This document shows positions 39,790 to 49,969 of a DNA stretch of 64,000 bases, piece after piece. The stretch comes from an uncultured Lyngbya sp. Its GTDB lineage: Bacteria; Cyanobacteriota; Cyanobacteriia; Cyanobacteriales; Microcoleaceae. Both the position numbers and the translations under genes were made by a program. The notes under the pieces are model-generated. The model searched no databases, was not told where the DNA came from, and saw only the letters and a program-made list of their open reading frames with translations. The stretch covers positions 291 through 64,290 of the forward strand of contig CAZNCM010000001.1 of assembly GCA_964571155.1 (NCBI GenBank), read 5' to 3'. Within the stretch, counting starts at the first letter, position 1. Each line of letters begins with the position of its first letter.

Positions 39790-41115
39790 ATGATCAACGA
39801 ATCTACAATGTCTAAAATACATCTGGGAAAAGTTAAAACTGCATCCATTCAAACGGATAAAACATCAGAAATATCTGCCAATTTCCACAGTTATCAAGTC
39901 AGTCAACTTTCAATTATTACTCAGTTTTATCCTCCAGACTATGCCGCAACAGGACAACTAATTGCAGAACTTGCTACTCAACTACAAAGCTTAGGAATGC
40001 GGGTAAAAGTCTTTACAGGACAGCCTGGATATGCCTTTCAAAATAGCAAAGCTCCTCAAAAAGAAATAGATAAAGGAGTACATATTCAGCGAACCCGAAC
40101 CACTCAGATTTGGTCAAAAAGAATTAGAGGGAAAGCTCTAAATGGATTATTTTTTTGCTTTAGATCAGGTCTACACTTGCTCAGAAGTGTTAACCGTTCA
40201 GAAGTTTTATTGCTGACAACAGCACCACCATACTTAACCATTTTGGGTTATTTAGCAAACCTCTGTTTTGGTCAGCGTTATGCTTGTTTGTTATATGATT
40301 TGTATCCAGATGTCGCTGTAGAACTCGGCTTAATTTCCTCCAAAAATCCATTGATTAAATTTTGGGATTGGATTAACTGTAAAGTTTGGAAAAGAGCAGA
40401 CTCTATTATTGTACTTAGCTCAACCATGAAAGACAGAATTATAGCTAAATGTCCTCAGATCGAGCCGAAAATTAACGTGATTCAAAACTGGGCTGATTCA
40501 AAGTTTATTAAACCCCTAAATAAAACTGAAAATTGGTTTGCCCGGGAATTCAACCTACTGGAAAAATTTACCGTATTATATTCCGGTAATATGGGTCGAT
40601 GCCATGACATGGATACCATTATGGAAGCTGCGGTCGAACTCCAAAATGAACCGATTCAATTTGTCTTCATCGGTGGCGGTGCAAAGCAAGAAACTTGCAT
40701 GAAGAAAGTCAGAGAATTAGGATTAAATAACTGTGTATTTTTACCCTATCAAGACAAAGCAGTATTACCCTATTCTCTAACTGCTTGCGATCTTTCTTTG
40801 GTCAGTGTCAGCGAAGGCATGGAAGGAATTGTAGCCCCCAGTAAATTTTATGGAGTCTTAGCCGCAGGACGTCCGGTTGCAGTTGTTTGTGAATCCCATT
40901 CCTATTTACGTCAACTGCTGGAAGAAGCAAAATGTGGTGCTGCATTTGATAATGGAGATGGAACTCAACTCGCTCAGTTTATTCGTTTACTCGCATCAGA
41001 CCCTCAATTAGCAACTCAAATGGGTGATGCGGGTCGTCAATATTTAGAAGCGAAGTTGACTCCTGAAATTATTGCTCAACAATATTTTACCACCTTATCA
41101 AAGGTGAAAGTTTAA
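39790..41115 (+). CDS. Glycosyltransferase family 4 (WcaI-like)
   Basis: ITQFYPPDYAATGQL, YSGNMGRCHD, APSKFYG.LAAGRP. Confidence 0.88.
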   Translation: MINESTMSKIHLGKVKTASIQTDKTSEISANFHSYQVSQLSIITQFYPPDYAATGQLIAELATQLQSLGMRVKVFTGQPGYAFQNSKAPQKEIDKGVHIQRTRTTQIWSKRIRGKALNGLFFCFRSGLHLLRSVNRSEVLLLTTAPPYLTILGYLANLCFGQRYACLLYDLYPDVAVELGLISSKNPLIKFWDWINCKVWKRADSIIVLSSTMKDRIIAKCPQIEPKINVIQNWADSKFIKPLNKTENWFAREFNLLEKFTVLYSGNMGRCHDMDTIMEAAVELQNEPIQFVFIGGGAKQETCMKKVRELGLNNCVFLPYQDKAVLPYSLTACDLSLVSVSEGMEGIVAPSKFYGVLAAGRPVAVVCESHSYLRQLLEEAKCGAAFDNGDGTQLAQFIRLLASDPQLATQMGDAGRQYLEAKLTPEIIAQQYFTTLSKVKV

Positions 41116-41154
41116 AATTGATCGATTCACTGCCAACATGATTTTCCTCTATTG

Positions 41155-41189
41155 GGTATTCAGTTTGTACAAACTTCATGCTGAATACC
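41155..41189. terminator. Hairpin between convergent genes
   Basis: GGTATTCAG...CTGAATACC. Confidence 0.45.
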
Positions 41190-41272
41190 ATTTCAATTTT
41201 ATCGCTACAATCAGAAAATGTTCTCATTCTCCTCTTTTAAAGTTGATTAATATTGTGAGATTGCCAGACAAC

Positions 41273-41821
41273 TTAACTCAGATAAGCAAGATCAACTGCT
41301 AAAGCTTGAGCGGCATCTTGCAACAGTTCAATATCCGATGGCGACCAAGAACGAGAACTCTCACAATGATGAGCAATCAACAATCCCCATAATTGCTGAT
41401 GATCCAACAAAACAGGAACGACTAAATTTGCTCTCACTTCTATACTCCGCAAAAAATCTTTATGGCAATCCTGAATCGGTTCTACTTCTACATCTGAAAT
41501 AGCGCGTGTTCGACCCGCAATATATAACGCGGCATATTCATCATTAAAACATTCATCCGCTCCTGTGGAACCATAAATTGACCATTGGGGATGACTTAAA
41601 GCCTCAAACGTGACTTGTCCTTCCCATTGACGATAAAAATAGTACAGTACAACCCGATTAACTTGTAGTTTCTTGAGAAGACGATTCAATGTTTCTTGGA
41701 TGATCACATTTCGTTCTCCATTGGCTTTCAAACGCTGATTAAACTTTTCTAACTCAGGATCACTTGAAGAATGTAAAACTCTATTCGGGTTCTGATCGGA
41801 GTTCAATTTTTTATTCGACAT
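41273..41821 (-). CDS. Stand-alone GAF protein, DXCF cyanobacteriochrome-like (start likely ATG 41821)
   Basis: RVVLYYF, DECF, CH, LVVPV, LWGLLIAHHC..R.W. Confidence 0.8.
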   Translation of the reverse strand: MSNKKLNSDQNPNRVLHSSSDPELEKFNQRLKANGERNVIIQETLNRLLKKLQVNRVVLYYFYRQWEGQVTFEALSHPQWSIYGSTGADECFNDEYAALYIAGRTRAISDVEVEPIQDCHKDFLRSIEVRANLVVPVLLDHQQLWGLLIAHHCESSRSWSPSDIELLQDAAQALAVDLAYLS

Positions 41822-42075
41822 TATTGTAAAGTATGAGATTAAGTTGTTCTGATCTGAGTTTACAGAAGTCAACAGTGTTTTACCCAAATTTTAAACAAAG
41901 CTTTAATTTTTCCGAAAAAAGAGAGCCAGTGATTGTTCTACATCTTCCGAGACAGCTCGAAGACAACAATATACCCGATAAAAAACACATCCTCTCAAAA
42001 AGAAGATGCGTCTGATAAAATTCAATAATCACGTTCAATTCATACCTTAATTTGAGGTAGCACTCAACTTGAGAT

Positions 42076-42312
42076 TTACTCAAAAGGTGCAGGTACAACA
42101 AACAAAGTAATATTTTCTTTCTTGACAATATGAACAATAGTTCCGGGTCTGACTGTGGTATTCGTTATACAGCGAGCATTCCACCAAGTCCCCCGAAATT
42201 TGACTCGACCTTGACGATAAGGTGGAATTTCTTCAGAGACAATACCTTCTCCTATAATTGTCATCGGTTGAGAATCACAAGGCGTTGTGTGGATTTTATT
42301 ACGAAAAAACAT
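42076..42312 (-). CDS. Small NfeD-like OB-fold protein
   Basis: G.V.EEI...GRVKFRGTWWNARC...V.IV....ITL.V. Confidence 0.8.
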   Translation of the reverse strand: MFFRNKIHTTPCDSQPMTIIGEGIVSEEIPPYRQGRVKFRGTWWNARCITNTTVRPGTIVHIVKKENITLFVVPAPFE

Positions 42313-42843
42313 GGTTCGATCTCCCTTGCATAAATCTAAAATCAGTCTATAGAGGAAACCTTTGGAACTTATTCAGCTTGTAAGGTCTCACAAAGTTTGT
42401 ACGGTAGTTCTTCTAACAGTGCGAATAGCTTTCTACTTAACTATCACTTTACCCTGGTTATTTTATGGAAGAAATTCAAGTTGTTTAAGTTCCGAAAGTG
42501 GAACCTCCTAACCTGACCGTAGAGATCACTGTGACTTCCCGACGGTAATCTAGTTCAGGTCTGCTTGAAAAATCCTGGTGGATTATACCCCATAGGAATT
42601 GAAAGCACTGTCCTCTATAGAATCTGTAATAGCATTGGATCGACAACGATGAGAGCAAATCCGGAATAAATTGAATTTAAGTTCTCACTCCAGATGATTT
42701 CTGGTATCTCGATATACAGTATGAACCTAAAAAGCGGATTGAATTCCAGTTCTCAAAACCAGTGATTTTAAGGACAGATCGCATTTCGTCCACTCCGATA
42801 CAATTTATATACTCGCTTTCCTGCTCATGATCTTTTGAAGAAT

Positions 42844-43452
42844 ATGCCTGCTCAATATATTTTGTTTTATAAACCTTATGACGTTTTATGCCAATTTACC
42901 GATAACGATCCGACAACTCCCCACCGGAAAACCCTCAAAGATTTTATTTCTATTCCTGGGGTTTATCCCGTCGGACGATTAGACCGCGATAGTGAAGGAT
43001 TATTGCTGCTCACCAATCAAGGCAAAATTCAACATCGTTTGAGTCATCGCAAATTTAATCACCCTCGAACTTACTGGGTTCAGGTGGAACACATACCGGA
43101 TGAAACCGCCTTGAATGCTCTGCGATCGGGTGTGAACATCAAAGACTATCAAACTCGCAGCGCTCAAGTACAATTACTCCCCACTGAACCCGCTTTACCT
43201 CCTCGTGATCCGCCCATTCGTTTTCGCAAAACTGTCCCCACCGCTTGGCTAGAAATTACCCTCACCGAAGGTCGCAATCGTCAAGTGCGTCGGATGACCG
43301 CAGCCGTGGGATTTCCAACTTTGAGGTTAGTTCGAGTGGCGATCGCTGATTTCCGTTTAGACGGATTAAAACCCGGTCAATGGCGAGACTTAACTCAAAT
43401 TGAAGTGCAGAATTTGTATAAGTTAACCGATGTTTCTCCTCCGAAAAAATAA
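42844..43452 (+). CDS. RsuA/RluE-family pseudouridine synthase
   Basis: [41 protein letters not shown]. Confidence 0.92.
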   Translation: MPAQYILFYKPYDVLCQFTDNDPTTPHRKTLKDFISIPGVYPVGRLDRDSEGLLLLTNQGKIQHRLSHRKFNHPRTYWVQVEHIPDETALNALRSGVNIKDYQTRSAQVQLLPTEPALPPRDPPIRFRKTVPTAWLEITLTEGRNRQVRRMTAAVGFPTLRLVRVAIADFRLDGLKPGQWRDLTQIEVQNLYKLTDVSPPKK

Positions 43453-43699
43453 CAAATTACAGGTTAAGGAATACCCGCTTGTTGAAAAAGTTGTTCGGGG
43501 ATCAGTTCTAACCCTTCCAAAAAAGCTAAAAATTCTTCCAGTGTTAGGCGGTTCTGTGTTTGAACAGTCATTTCTTGAAACTCCGAACCCACAAATTAGT
43601 CTCATTTTAGGGAAACAGAAAAGACGACGAAGCAGCAAAAATCTTCAACCCATCCCTTATCATATTGAAAAGAAAAACCATTAAACTTGAGTTAATCCT

Positions 43700-44572
43700 G
43701 TGAACTTTCAATCCGTCATTGCCACTTTACATCAATTTTGGAGCGATCGCGGCTGTTTAATCGCCCAACCCTACGACACCGAAAAAGGGGCGGGAACCAT
43801 GAATCCTCATACCTTTTTACGGGCGATCGGCCCTGAACCCTGGTCTGTCGCCTACATCGAACCCTGTCGCCGTCCCACTGATGGACGTTATGGCGAAAAT
43901 CCGAACCGTTTTCAACATTATTATCAATACCAAGTCTTGATTAAACCTTCTCCTGATAACATTCAAGAGGTTTATCTCGACTCCCTGCGATCGCTTGGAA
44001 TTCAACCTGAAGATCATGATGTGCGGTTTGTTGAAGATAACTGGGAATCTCCCACTTTAGGCGCCTGGGGAGTCGGTTGGGAAGTCTGGTTAGATGGAAT
44101 GGAAATTACCCAATTTACCTATTTTCAACAATGTGGCGGAATCGATTGTCGTCCTGTTTCTATTGAAATTACCTACGGACTAGAACGACTGGCGATGTAT
44201 CTTCAAGATGTCGATGCCATGACAAAAATTGCCTGGACAGATACGATTAATTATGGAGATATTTATCTTCAAGGAGAAGTCGAACATTGTACCTACAATT
44301 TTGAAGCCTCGAATCCTGAGTTGCTGTTTACGCTATTTAGTTTGTATGAACAAGAAGCCGAACAATTAATCGACAAAGGATTAGTTTTGCCGAGTTTAGA
44401 TTATGTCTTGAAATGTTCTCACAGCTTTAACCTATTGGATGCTCGGGGTGTGATTGCTGTGACTGAACGCACTCGTTATATTGGTAGAATTCGCAACTTA
44501 GCTCGACGAGTTGCTGGGCGGTATTTAGAACAACGAGAAACCTTGGGATTTCCATTGCAAAAGTCTGTTTAA
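43700..44572 (+). CDS. glyQ: Glycine--tRNA ligase alpha subunit
   Basis: [47 protein letters not shown]. Confidence 0.97.
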   Translation: MNFQSVIATLHQFWSDRGCLIAQPYDTEKGAGTMNPHTFLRAIGPEPWSVAYIEPCRRPTDGRYGENPNRFQHYYQYQVLIKPSPDNIQEVYLDSLRSLGIQPEDHDVRFVEDNWESPTLGAWGVGWEVWLDGMEITQFTYFQQCGGIDCRPVSIEITYGLERLAMYLQDVDAMTKIAWTDTINYGDIYLQGEVEHCTYNFEASNPELLFTLFSLYEQEAEQLIDKGLVLPSLDYVLKCSHSFNLLDARGVIAVTERTRYIGRIRNLARRVAGRYLEQRETLGFPLQKSV

Positions 44573-44595
44573 TTTACAGAATATAAATCGAGTTT

Positions 44596-44617
44596 AGGGC
44601 GCGGATTTGGCGCCCCT
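44596..44617 (+). terminator. GC hairpin (terminator or degenerate REP) after glyQ
   Basis: AGGGCGC...GCGCCCCT followed by TGTTTTT. Confidence 0.45.
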
Positions 44618-44659
44618 TGTTTTTAGGCATGAATTTGATCCCATTCTCAAAATAAAGGT

Positions 44660-44947
44660 CTAAGCTCGATGACTAGATACCAAACGAATTAAAGATAATG
44701 TTGCTGCATCTGTAATCAACTCTTGCAACATTTTACCCATTTTTTCAGGCGGCCAATGCCAACCACTTTCAGTCTTTTTCCCCATGGGCGGAAGAAACTT
44801 AAGAACGTAAGCGATCGCCTGGTTTTTATCAATAGATTGGGTAATCTCGCCCGGAAGGGTTCTCAGTTGGAGTTCAATTTCTTGAGCAACCCAGGATTCA
44901 AGAGTTTGGTACTCGGGTACAATAGATTCGGCAAACACTTCACTCAT
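44660..44947 (-). CDS. Divergent ComFB-family protein
   Basis: E..V.QEIE.QL..LP...AIAYVLKFLPP resembles the ComFB core A.ALN.LPP. Confidence 0.55.
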   Translation of the reverse strand: MSEVFAESIVPEYQTLESWVAQEIELQLRTLPGEITQSIDKNQAIAYVLKFLPPMGKKTESGWHWPPEKMGKMLQELITDAATLSLIRLVSSHRA

Positions 44948-45147
44948 TAGATGGGTATGGGGTTAAGATAAACTGACATTCATCAATGTACAGAGGGCGC
45001 AGATCAACTTGCATCTGTCAAAAATACATATGGCTTGAGTTTTGACACTTATGCAATTTTGATCGCCACACAGCAAAAAAGACCTCTATCGTTAGTGAGA
45101 AGTTTCCCGAATCACAGTGATAAATATTGCTCAATTCTCCCTCAAAT

Positions 45148-45744
45148 TCAGGCTGATGGCGTTTCCGTTGAATCCTTCTCCAGGGTGACATCTTCGTAGA
45201 GATCCGCCAAAGACACCGTTAAATTCAAACTTTGGAGTGGAAAAGTTCCTTCAGTGGGGGTATAGGTTTTAAAAATCCACCCCCCTTGTTCGTGGCGTTG
45301 AAAAATTTCTACTCGTTGATGTTTGGTATTCACTAAAACATATTCTTCCAAACAGTCTAAGGTTTGGTAGTCGTTGAATTTGTCGCCTCTATCAAAACCT
45401 TCGGTACTCGCAGAAAGCACTTCAACAATTAATTTAGGAAAGCGTTTATAAGTCGAAGTTTCTTGGTCTTGGGGATCACCAGTGACCAGAAGATCGGGAT
45501 AATAGAAACAGTTGCATTCTTCGAGACGGGCTTTGATATCGGCAAAATAAACACGACAGTTTGTTCCCCGTAGGTGGCTACGAATCAAGGTTGCGAGGTT
45601 TAAAGCAATCGTGTTATGGGTGTCAGTGGTTCCCGCCATTGCGTAGACTTCACCATCAATGTATTCGTGTTTGATGGGGCTTTGAGTTTCGAGTTTGAGG
45701 TATTCTTCTGGAGTTAGGGAGTGATGCTCAAAAACAGCAATCAT
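45148..45744 (-). CDS. Uma2/DUF820 family endonuclease
   Basis: EEYL.LE...KHEYIDGEVYAMAG, YPD, LIVEVLS.ST..FDRGDKF..Y. Confidence 0.9.
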   Translation of the reverse strand: MIAVFEHHSLTPEEYLKLETQSPIKHEYIDGEVYAMAGTTDTHNTIALNLATLIRSHLRGTNCRVYFADIKARLEECNCFYYPDLLVTGDPQDQETSTYKRFPKLIVEVLSASTEGFDRGDKFNDYQTLDCLEEYVLVNTKHQRVEIFQRHEQGGWIFKTYTPTEGTFPLQSLNLTVSLADLYEDVTLEKDSTETPSA

Positions 45745-46204
45745 CGTTTTAGTATTCCTAAATAGAGTTTTGGACAAGTAAAAATTAAGGCTTGTGGGAT
45801 ATCTTCATCTTTACTCAGAGCGATCGCATTTCTAGGAAATAAAAGAGTCGCTATAAATAATAATAGGCTAGATTTTGTTCTTCGGGTAAAATCCAAGTAT
45901 AAACTTTTTGATGAATGAAAGGATAACTACTTTTCTGATTGCATAGCGTTTCCGCAGAAGTTGGAGGAACTTTGCTATGTTTTTGGAGGTTTAACGACAA
46001 GTCACGCTTCCCTCAAGTCATCAGATCTTAGAGTCTTCCCCAGGAGAGTTATTATAGAAAGAGTTCTATAACGGTTTCGAGACGACCTTACCCGATCCAG
46101 AGTCCGACTCCCGTTGCTTGTTCCCTTTTGCCTTTTAAGATCACTGATTGACTAAAACTGAGATAGGACTGTTTATATAATCACTTTATTCGAGAATCAT
46201 AGAA

Positions 46205-47665
46205 GTGAAAACAGCAAAAACGATGAATATCAAACAAATTTTACCGTTAGGATTTGGAGTTATTATTTTAATTGTGAGTCTTAGCAGCTTAATTACACTG
46301 AATAGTACCTCAACTTTAAAAGAGTCTTCAGACTGGGTTGCTCATACTTATCAAGTGCAATCGATGTTAAAAGGTTTAGAAAAAAGTTTAGTTGATGCTG
46401 AAACCGGACAACGAGGTTTTCTTCTTACAGGACAGGATGAATTTCTCGCACCCTATAATCAGACCGAACAGAATTTAGATGATGACTTTTATCGGCTCAG
46501 TGACGAAATCTCAGATAATCCTGAACAACTTGAAAGACTGGCTAAACTTGAAGAATTAGCTCAAGAAAAACTCGCCGAACTGCAACAGACGATTAATTTA
46601 AAGAAAGCTGGACAAGATGAAACAGTTTTAAATATTGTGCTTTCCAGTCAAGGCAAACAAATTATGGATAATATTCGGATAAAATTAGCGGAGATGATTA
46701 CAGTTGAAAGTGTTCTTCTCAGGCAAAGACAAGAACGGAATAAACTCGATTATCAATTAGTAAATATAGTCTCTTGGATAGGATTAATCACGATTTTTTT
46801 AGTCGGTCTCCTCGTCTTATTTTTGATTAATAAACTCGCAATTCAACCGATTAATACCGTTGCCAATACAATTGCAATTTCAGCTCATGAGATTGCTACA
46901 GCTATTGAACAACAAGAACGCACGGCTTCAGGACAAGCGGCTTCGGTTAATACAACCACGACAACAATGGATGAATTAGAGGCATCTTCACGTCAATCTG
47001 CCGAACAAGCAGATGCGGCATCTGATCAGGCACAACTTGCACTCCAAGCAGCAGAAAATGGAAATCATACCGTTGCCCAAACCTTAGAAGGTATGGATCA
47101 AGTAACACAAAGCGTTAAAGAAATTGCAGACAAAATTACTAGATTGAGTGAAAGAACCAATCAAATTGGTAATATTTCTCTCATTGTTAGTAACTTGGCG
47201 AGTCAAACTAATATGTTAGCACTCAATGCTGCGGTAGAAGCAGTTAGAGCAGGAGAACAGGGTCGAGGTTTTTCGATTGTTGCTTTAGAAATTCAAAAAC
47301 TAGCAGATAAAAGTAAAAAATCCACTGAAGAAATTAATACTTTGGTTGATGAGATTCAAAATTCAATTCGTTCTATAGTGATGGCAGCAGATGAAGGTAA
47401 AAAAATAGTAAACTGGAGTATGAGCATGACCAAAAATACAACTCAAGCCTTTGTCGGTATTACGGATACGATTAATACAGTGGTGATGTACAATCAACAA
47501 ATTTCTCTGAATGTTCAACAAGAAGTCATCGCGATTCAACAAGTCGTAGAAGCAATGGAAAGTATTAATCAAGGAGCGAAAGAAACTGCACTGGGTATTC
47601 GTCAAACTCGAATTGGAACCGAAAATTTAAAGCAGGTTGCCGAGCAACTTAAAATGATTGTTTAA
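46205..47665 (+). CDS. Methyl-accepting chemotaxis protein with CHASE3 sensor
   Basis: TM-WVAHT...DAETGQRGFLLTG (CHASE3)-TM; QTNMLALNAAVEAVRAGEQGRGF. Confidence 0.92.
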   Translation: MKTAKTMNIKQILPLGFGVIILIVSLSSLITLNSTSTLKESSDWVAHTYQVQSMLKGLEKSLVDAETGQRGFLLTGQDEFLAPYNQTEQNLDDDFYRLSDEISDNPEQLERLAKLEELAQEKLAELQQTINLKKAGQDETVLNIVLSSQGKQIMDNIRIKLAEMITVESVLLRQRQERNKLDYQLVNIVSWIGLITIFLVGLLVLFLINKLAIQPINTVANTIAISAHEIATAIEQQERTASGQAASVNTTTTTMDELEASSRQSAEQADAASDQAQLALQAAENGNHTVAQTLEGMDQVTQSVKEIADKITRLSERTNQIGNISLIVSNLASQTNMLALNAAVEAVRAGEQGRGFSIVALEIQKLADKSKKSTEEINTLVDEIQNSIRSIVMAADEGKKIVNWSMSMTKNTTQAFVGITDTINTVVMYNQQISLNVQQEVIAIQQVVEAMESINQGAKETALGIRQTRIGTENLKQVAEQLKMIV

Positions 47666-47683
47666 GTCTAAAACTCATCGTCA

Positions 47684-48463
47684 TTAAGCCCCCATTCCTG
47701 AATACTGTCGCAGCCCTTTTCGCCATAACCAACGGTTCAAGATAAATATTACAATCCCCCAACCTAACATTACTATTAACCCTCGCCCAATGTTGGTTGG
47801 TAGTCCCACTAACACCGAAGCTGGAAAATTGACTAAGTAGGGAAACGGTGTCCACAGAACGATTTCTCGCAGGGTTGGGGGAAACATTTCTAAAGGGGCG
47901 ATGACTCCAGATAGGAATAAATAGGGTAAAAACCAGAGTTCCTCTAAGGCGGATGCTCGTTCAGTCCAAAATGCAGCTAAGGCTAAGGTATATTGAATTA
48001 AAAATCGTAAGCAAAAAGCAACTAAAAGAATTAAAAGAAAGATTAAAGTGGTACCCAAACTTGGTAGCCAAAACGCTTGGGGATAGAGGGTAAAAAACAG
48101 CAAGACCAGTCCGATAATAAAGGGAAATCGGGCAAATCGTTCGGCGATATGCGAGAAAAAATGATGCCAAACGGGATCAATGGGTTGAAGTAATCGCGGT
48201 GAAAGTTTCCCTTGAATGACTTCTTGCTCAAACTCCCAAATTACCCAAACTACATTCGATTGTCGAACTAAAAAAGCAGCAAGAAAATAACGCGCAAACT
48301 GAACAGGTTCTAGGGCGAGTTCCTGAGATTGAGCAGCTTTGACCCAAATTCCCATGACAATAAAAGGTAATGAACCTGATAATACCCATAAAAAAAGTTC
48401 AGCCCGATATTCTAACATATAGGCATAATAAGTCGTGAGTAAAGTTTTGGCAGTTTTCCACAT
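47684..48463 (-). CDS. ABC-2 family transporter permease (DUF990)
   Basis: YRAE, G.LS..LL.P, AFW, FLSG..APL.MFP, TPFPY. Confidence 0.82.
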   Translation of the reverse strand: MWKTAKTLLTTYYAYMLEYRAELFLWVLSGSLPFIVMGIWVKAAQSQELALEPVQFARYFLAAFLVRQSNVVWVIWEFEQEVIQGKLSPRLLQPIDPVWHHFFSHIAERFARFPFIIGLVLLFFTLYPQAFWLPSLGTTLIFLLILLVAFCLRFLIQYTLALAAFWTERASALEELWFLPYLFLSGVIAPLEMFPPTLREIVLWTPFPYLVNFPASVLVGLPTNIGRGLIVMLGWGIVIFILNRWLWRKGLRQYSGMGA

Positions 48464-48487
48464 TTTTAAAACTAATATTGAGCGTTT

Positions 48488-49741
48488 CTACTGAATCAAA
48501 ATATGTTTCTGAATGGTAACGATGTCTTTAGAGTTTTCTAAAATTAAGAGGTTCATAAAAACCTTGAAATTAGCGGGAGAGAATAAAGATGGAAATAAGT
48601 TTTTATAGGCTTTATTGAGCTTTCCTCGTTGCACGGCGGTTAAACCACTCCTAAGTTTGAGATAGGTTTTAAGCTGCTGAGGATTATAAATATCGGCTTC
48701 TACATCTGGATAAACTGTGGAAGAATTATTTTCTAACTCCGAAAAACTAACTTCTGAGAGTTTGGGTTGATTGCGAGTTGCCATTGATAACAACAAAATT
48801 TTCCAAGCTTTCTGTGATAAAACAGCAGAAGAAGCCATTTTAAATGCAGGATTAATTTTAGCGGATTTCAAGGCAACTAAGCCCCAATGTAATCTTAAAT
48901 AATTCCGAATTTGCGCCAGATCAGGAAGGCGATGGTGATGCTTTTGATGAATCAGAGGATAAATTTTTTCTTTAATTAAAATATTCGTTCTCAGTCGCTT
49001 TTCTAGAGATAACTTATGATTATAAGCTCCGGGCCAAACCGTTCGGTAAGCTAGACACCGATTAATAAAAATAGCATCTCCAAACTGAGCAATTTTAATC
49101 CAAGAATCAATATCATCAAAATTCACATCTAAACTCGAATCCCAACCTCCAGATTTAAGAAAGGCATCTCGGCGATAAGCAACTTGTATCGGAGTTCCAA
49201 ACGGAACTTGTTCGAGTAACATTCCATAATGAATGTCTGATTGAGGAATATAAAATGCTTTTCCAGGCCCGATCATACGAGTGCGACTCAGTTCTCGTCC
49301 ATTGGGATCAACCTGTGCTGCTTGAGCCGAACAAATCACGGCTTTAGAGTTTGTTTCAGGGGTGATTGTCGTTTGATGAATTGCGATCGCCTTTGCCATT
49401 TCTTCAATACAATTCGGAGCGAGATAATCATCATCATCGACAGGTTTAATCCACTCTCCCGATGCAATACTCACCCCCATATTCATCGTTTGGGAATGAC
49501 CACTATTGCGCTCGTTACGATGGTAAATTAAACGGTGATTGCTATCTTGAAGTTGAGATTGACACAAATTTTTAACATATTCTTCAGTCCCATCGGAGGA
49601 ACAATCATCAGCAACGACCACCTCACAGGGAACCGTTTGTTTTAAGGCGGAATCTATCGCCCGTTTCAACAAATTTAAGCGGTTATAAGTGGTGATGACG
49701 ATACTAAACCGAATTGCCACTGTTGACGCTTCTTGAGGCAT
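48488..49741 (-). CDS. Glycosyltransferase family 2
   Basis: FSIVITTYNR, ADDCSSDGT, VDDDDYL. Confidence 0.88.
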   Translation of the reverse strand: MPQEASTVAIRFSIVITTYNRLNLLKRAIDSALKQTVPCEVVVADDCSSDGTEEYVKNLCQSQLQDSNHRLIYHRNERNSGHSQTMNMGVSIASGEWIKPVDDDDYLAPNCIEEMAKAIAIHQTTITPETNSKAVICSAQAAQVDPNGRELSRTRMIGPGKAFYIPQSDIHYGMLLEQVPFGTPIQVAYRRDAFLKSGGWDSSLDVNFDDIDSWIKIAQFGDAIFINRCLAYRTVWPGAYNHKLSLEKRLRTNILIKEKIYPLIHQKHHHRLPDLAQIRNYLRLHWGLVALKSAKINPAFKMASSAVLSQKAWKILLLSMATRNQPKLSEVSFSELENNSSTVYPDVEADIYNPQQLKTYLKLRSGLTAVQRGKLNKAYKNLFPSLFSPANFKVFMNLLILENSKDIVTIQKHILIQ

Positions 49742-49969
49742 TGTTGAATAAGAGTAGATGAGTAAAGCTTTTCCAGAATCTCGCCATACCGACCTGAGTT
49801 AATCTCAGGTAGATGTTTGATTCCACAGTAGCATTACCTGGGAAGATTCGGCCAGATCTATTTTTGCAGTCAACTCACAACTCACTCAACCCCAAAACTC
49901 ATTAAAATTCCACGCCCTCCTGCTTAGGAAAAGGCATGGAATCTGATGTAGCGGAGACAGCTTTAATCT

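Noticed and set aside
43430-43684. 84-aa ORF between the pseudouridine synthase and glyQ
   Set aside because: No recognisable motif, overlaps the upstream gene and probably covers the glyQ promoter
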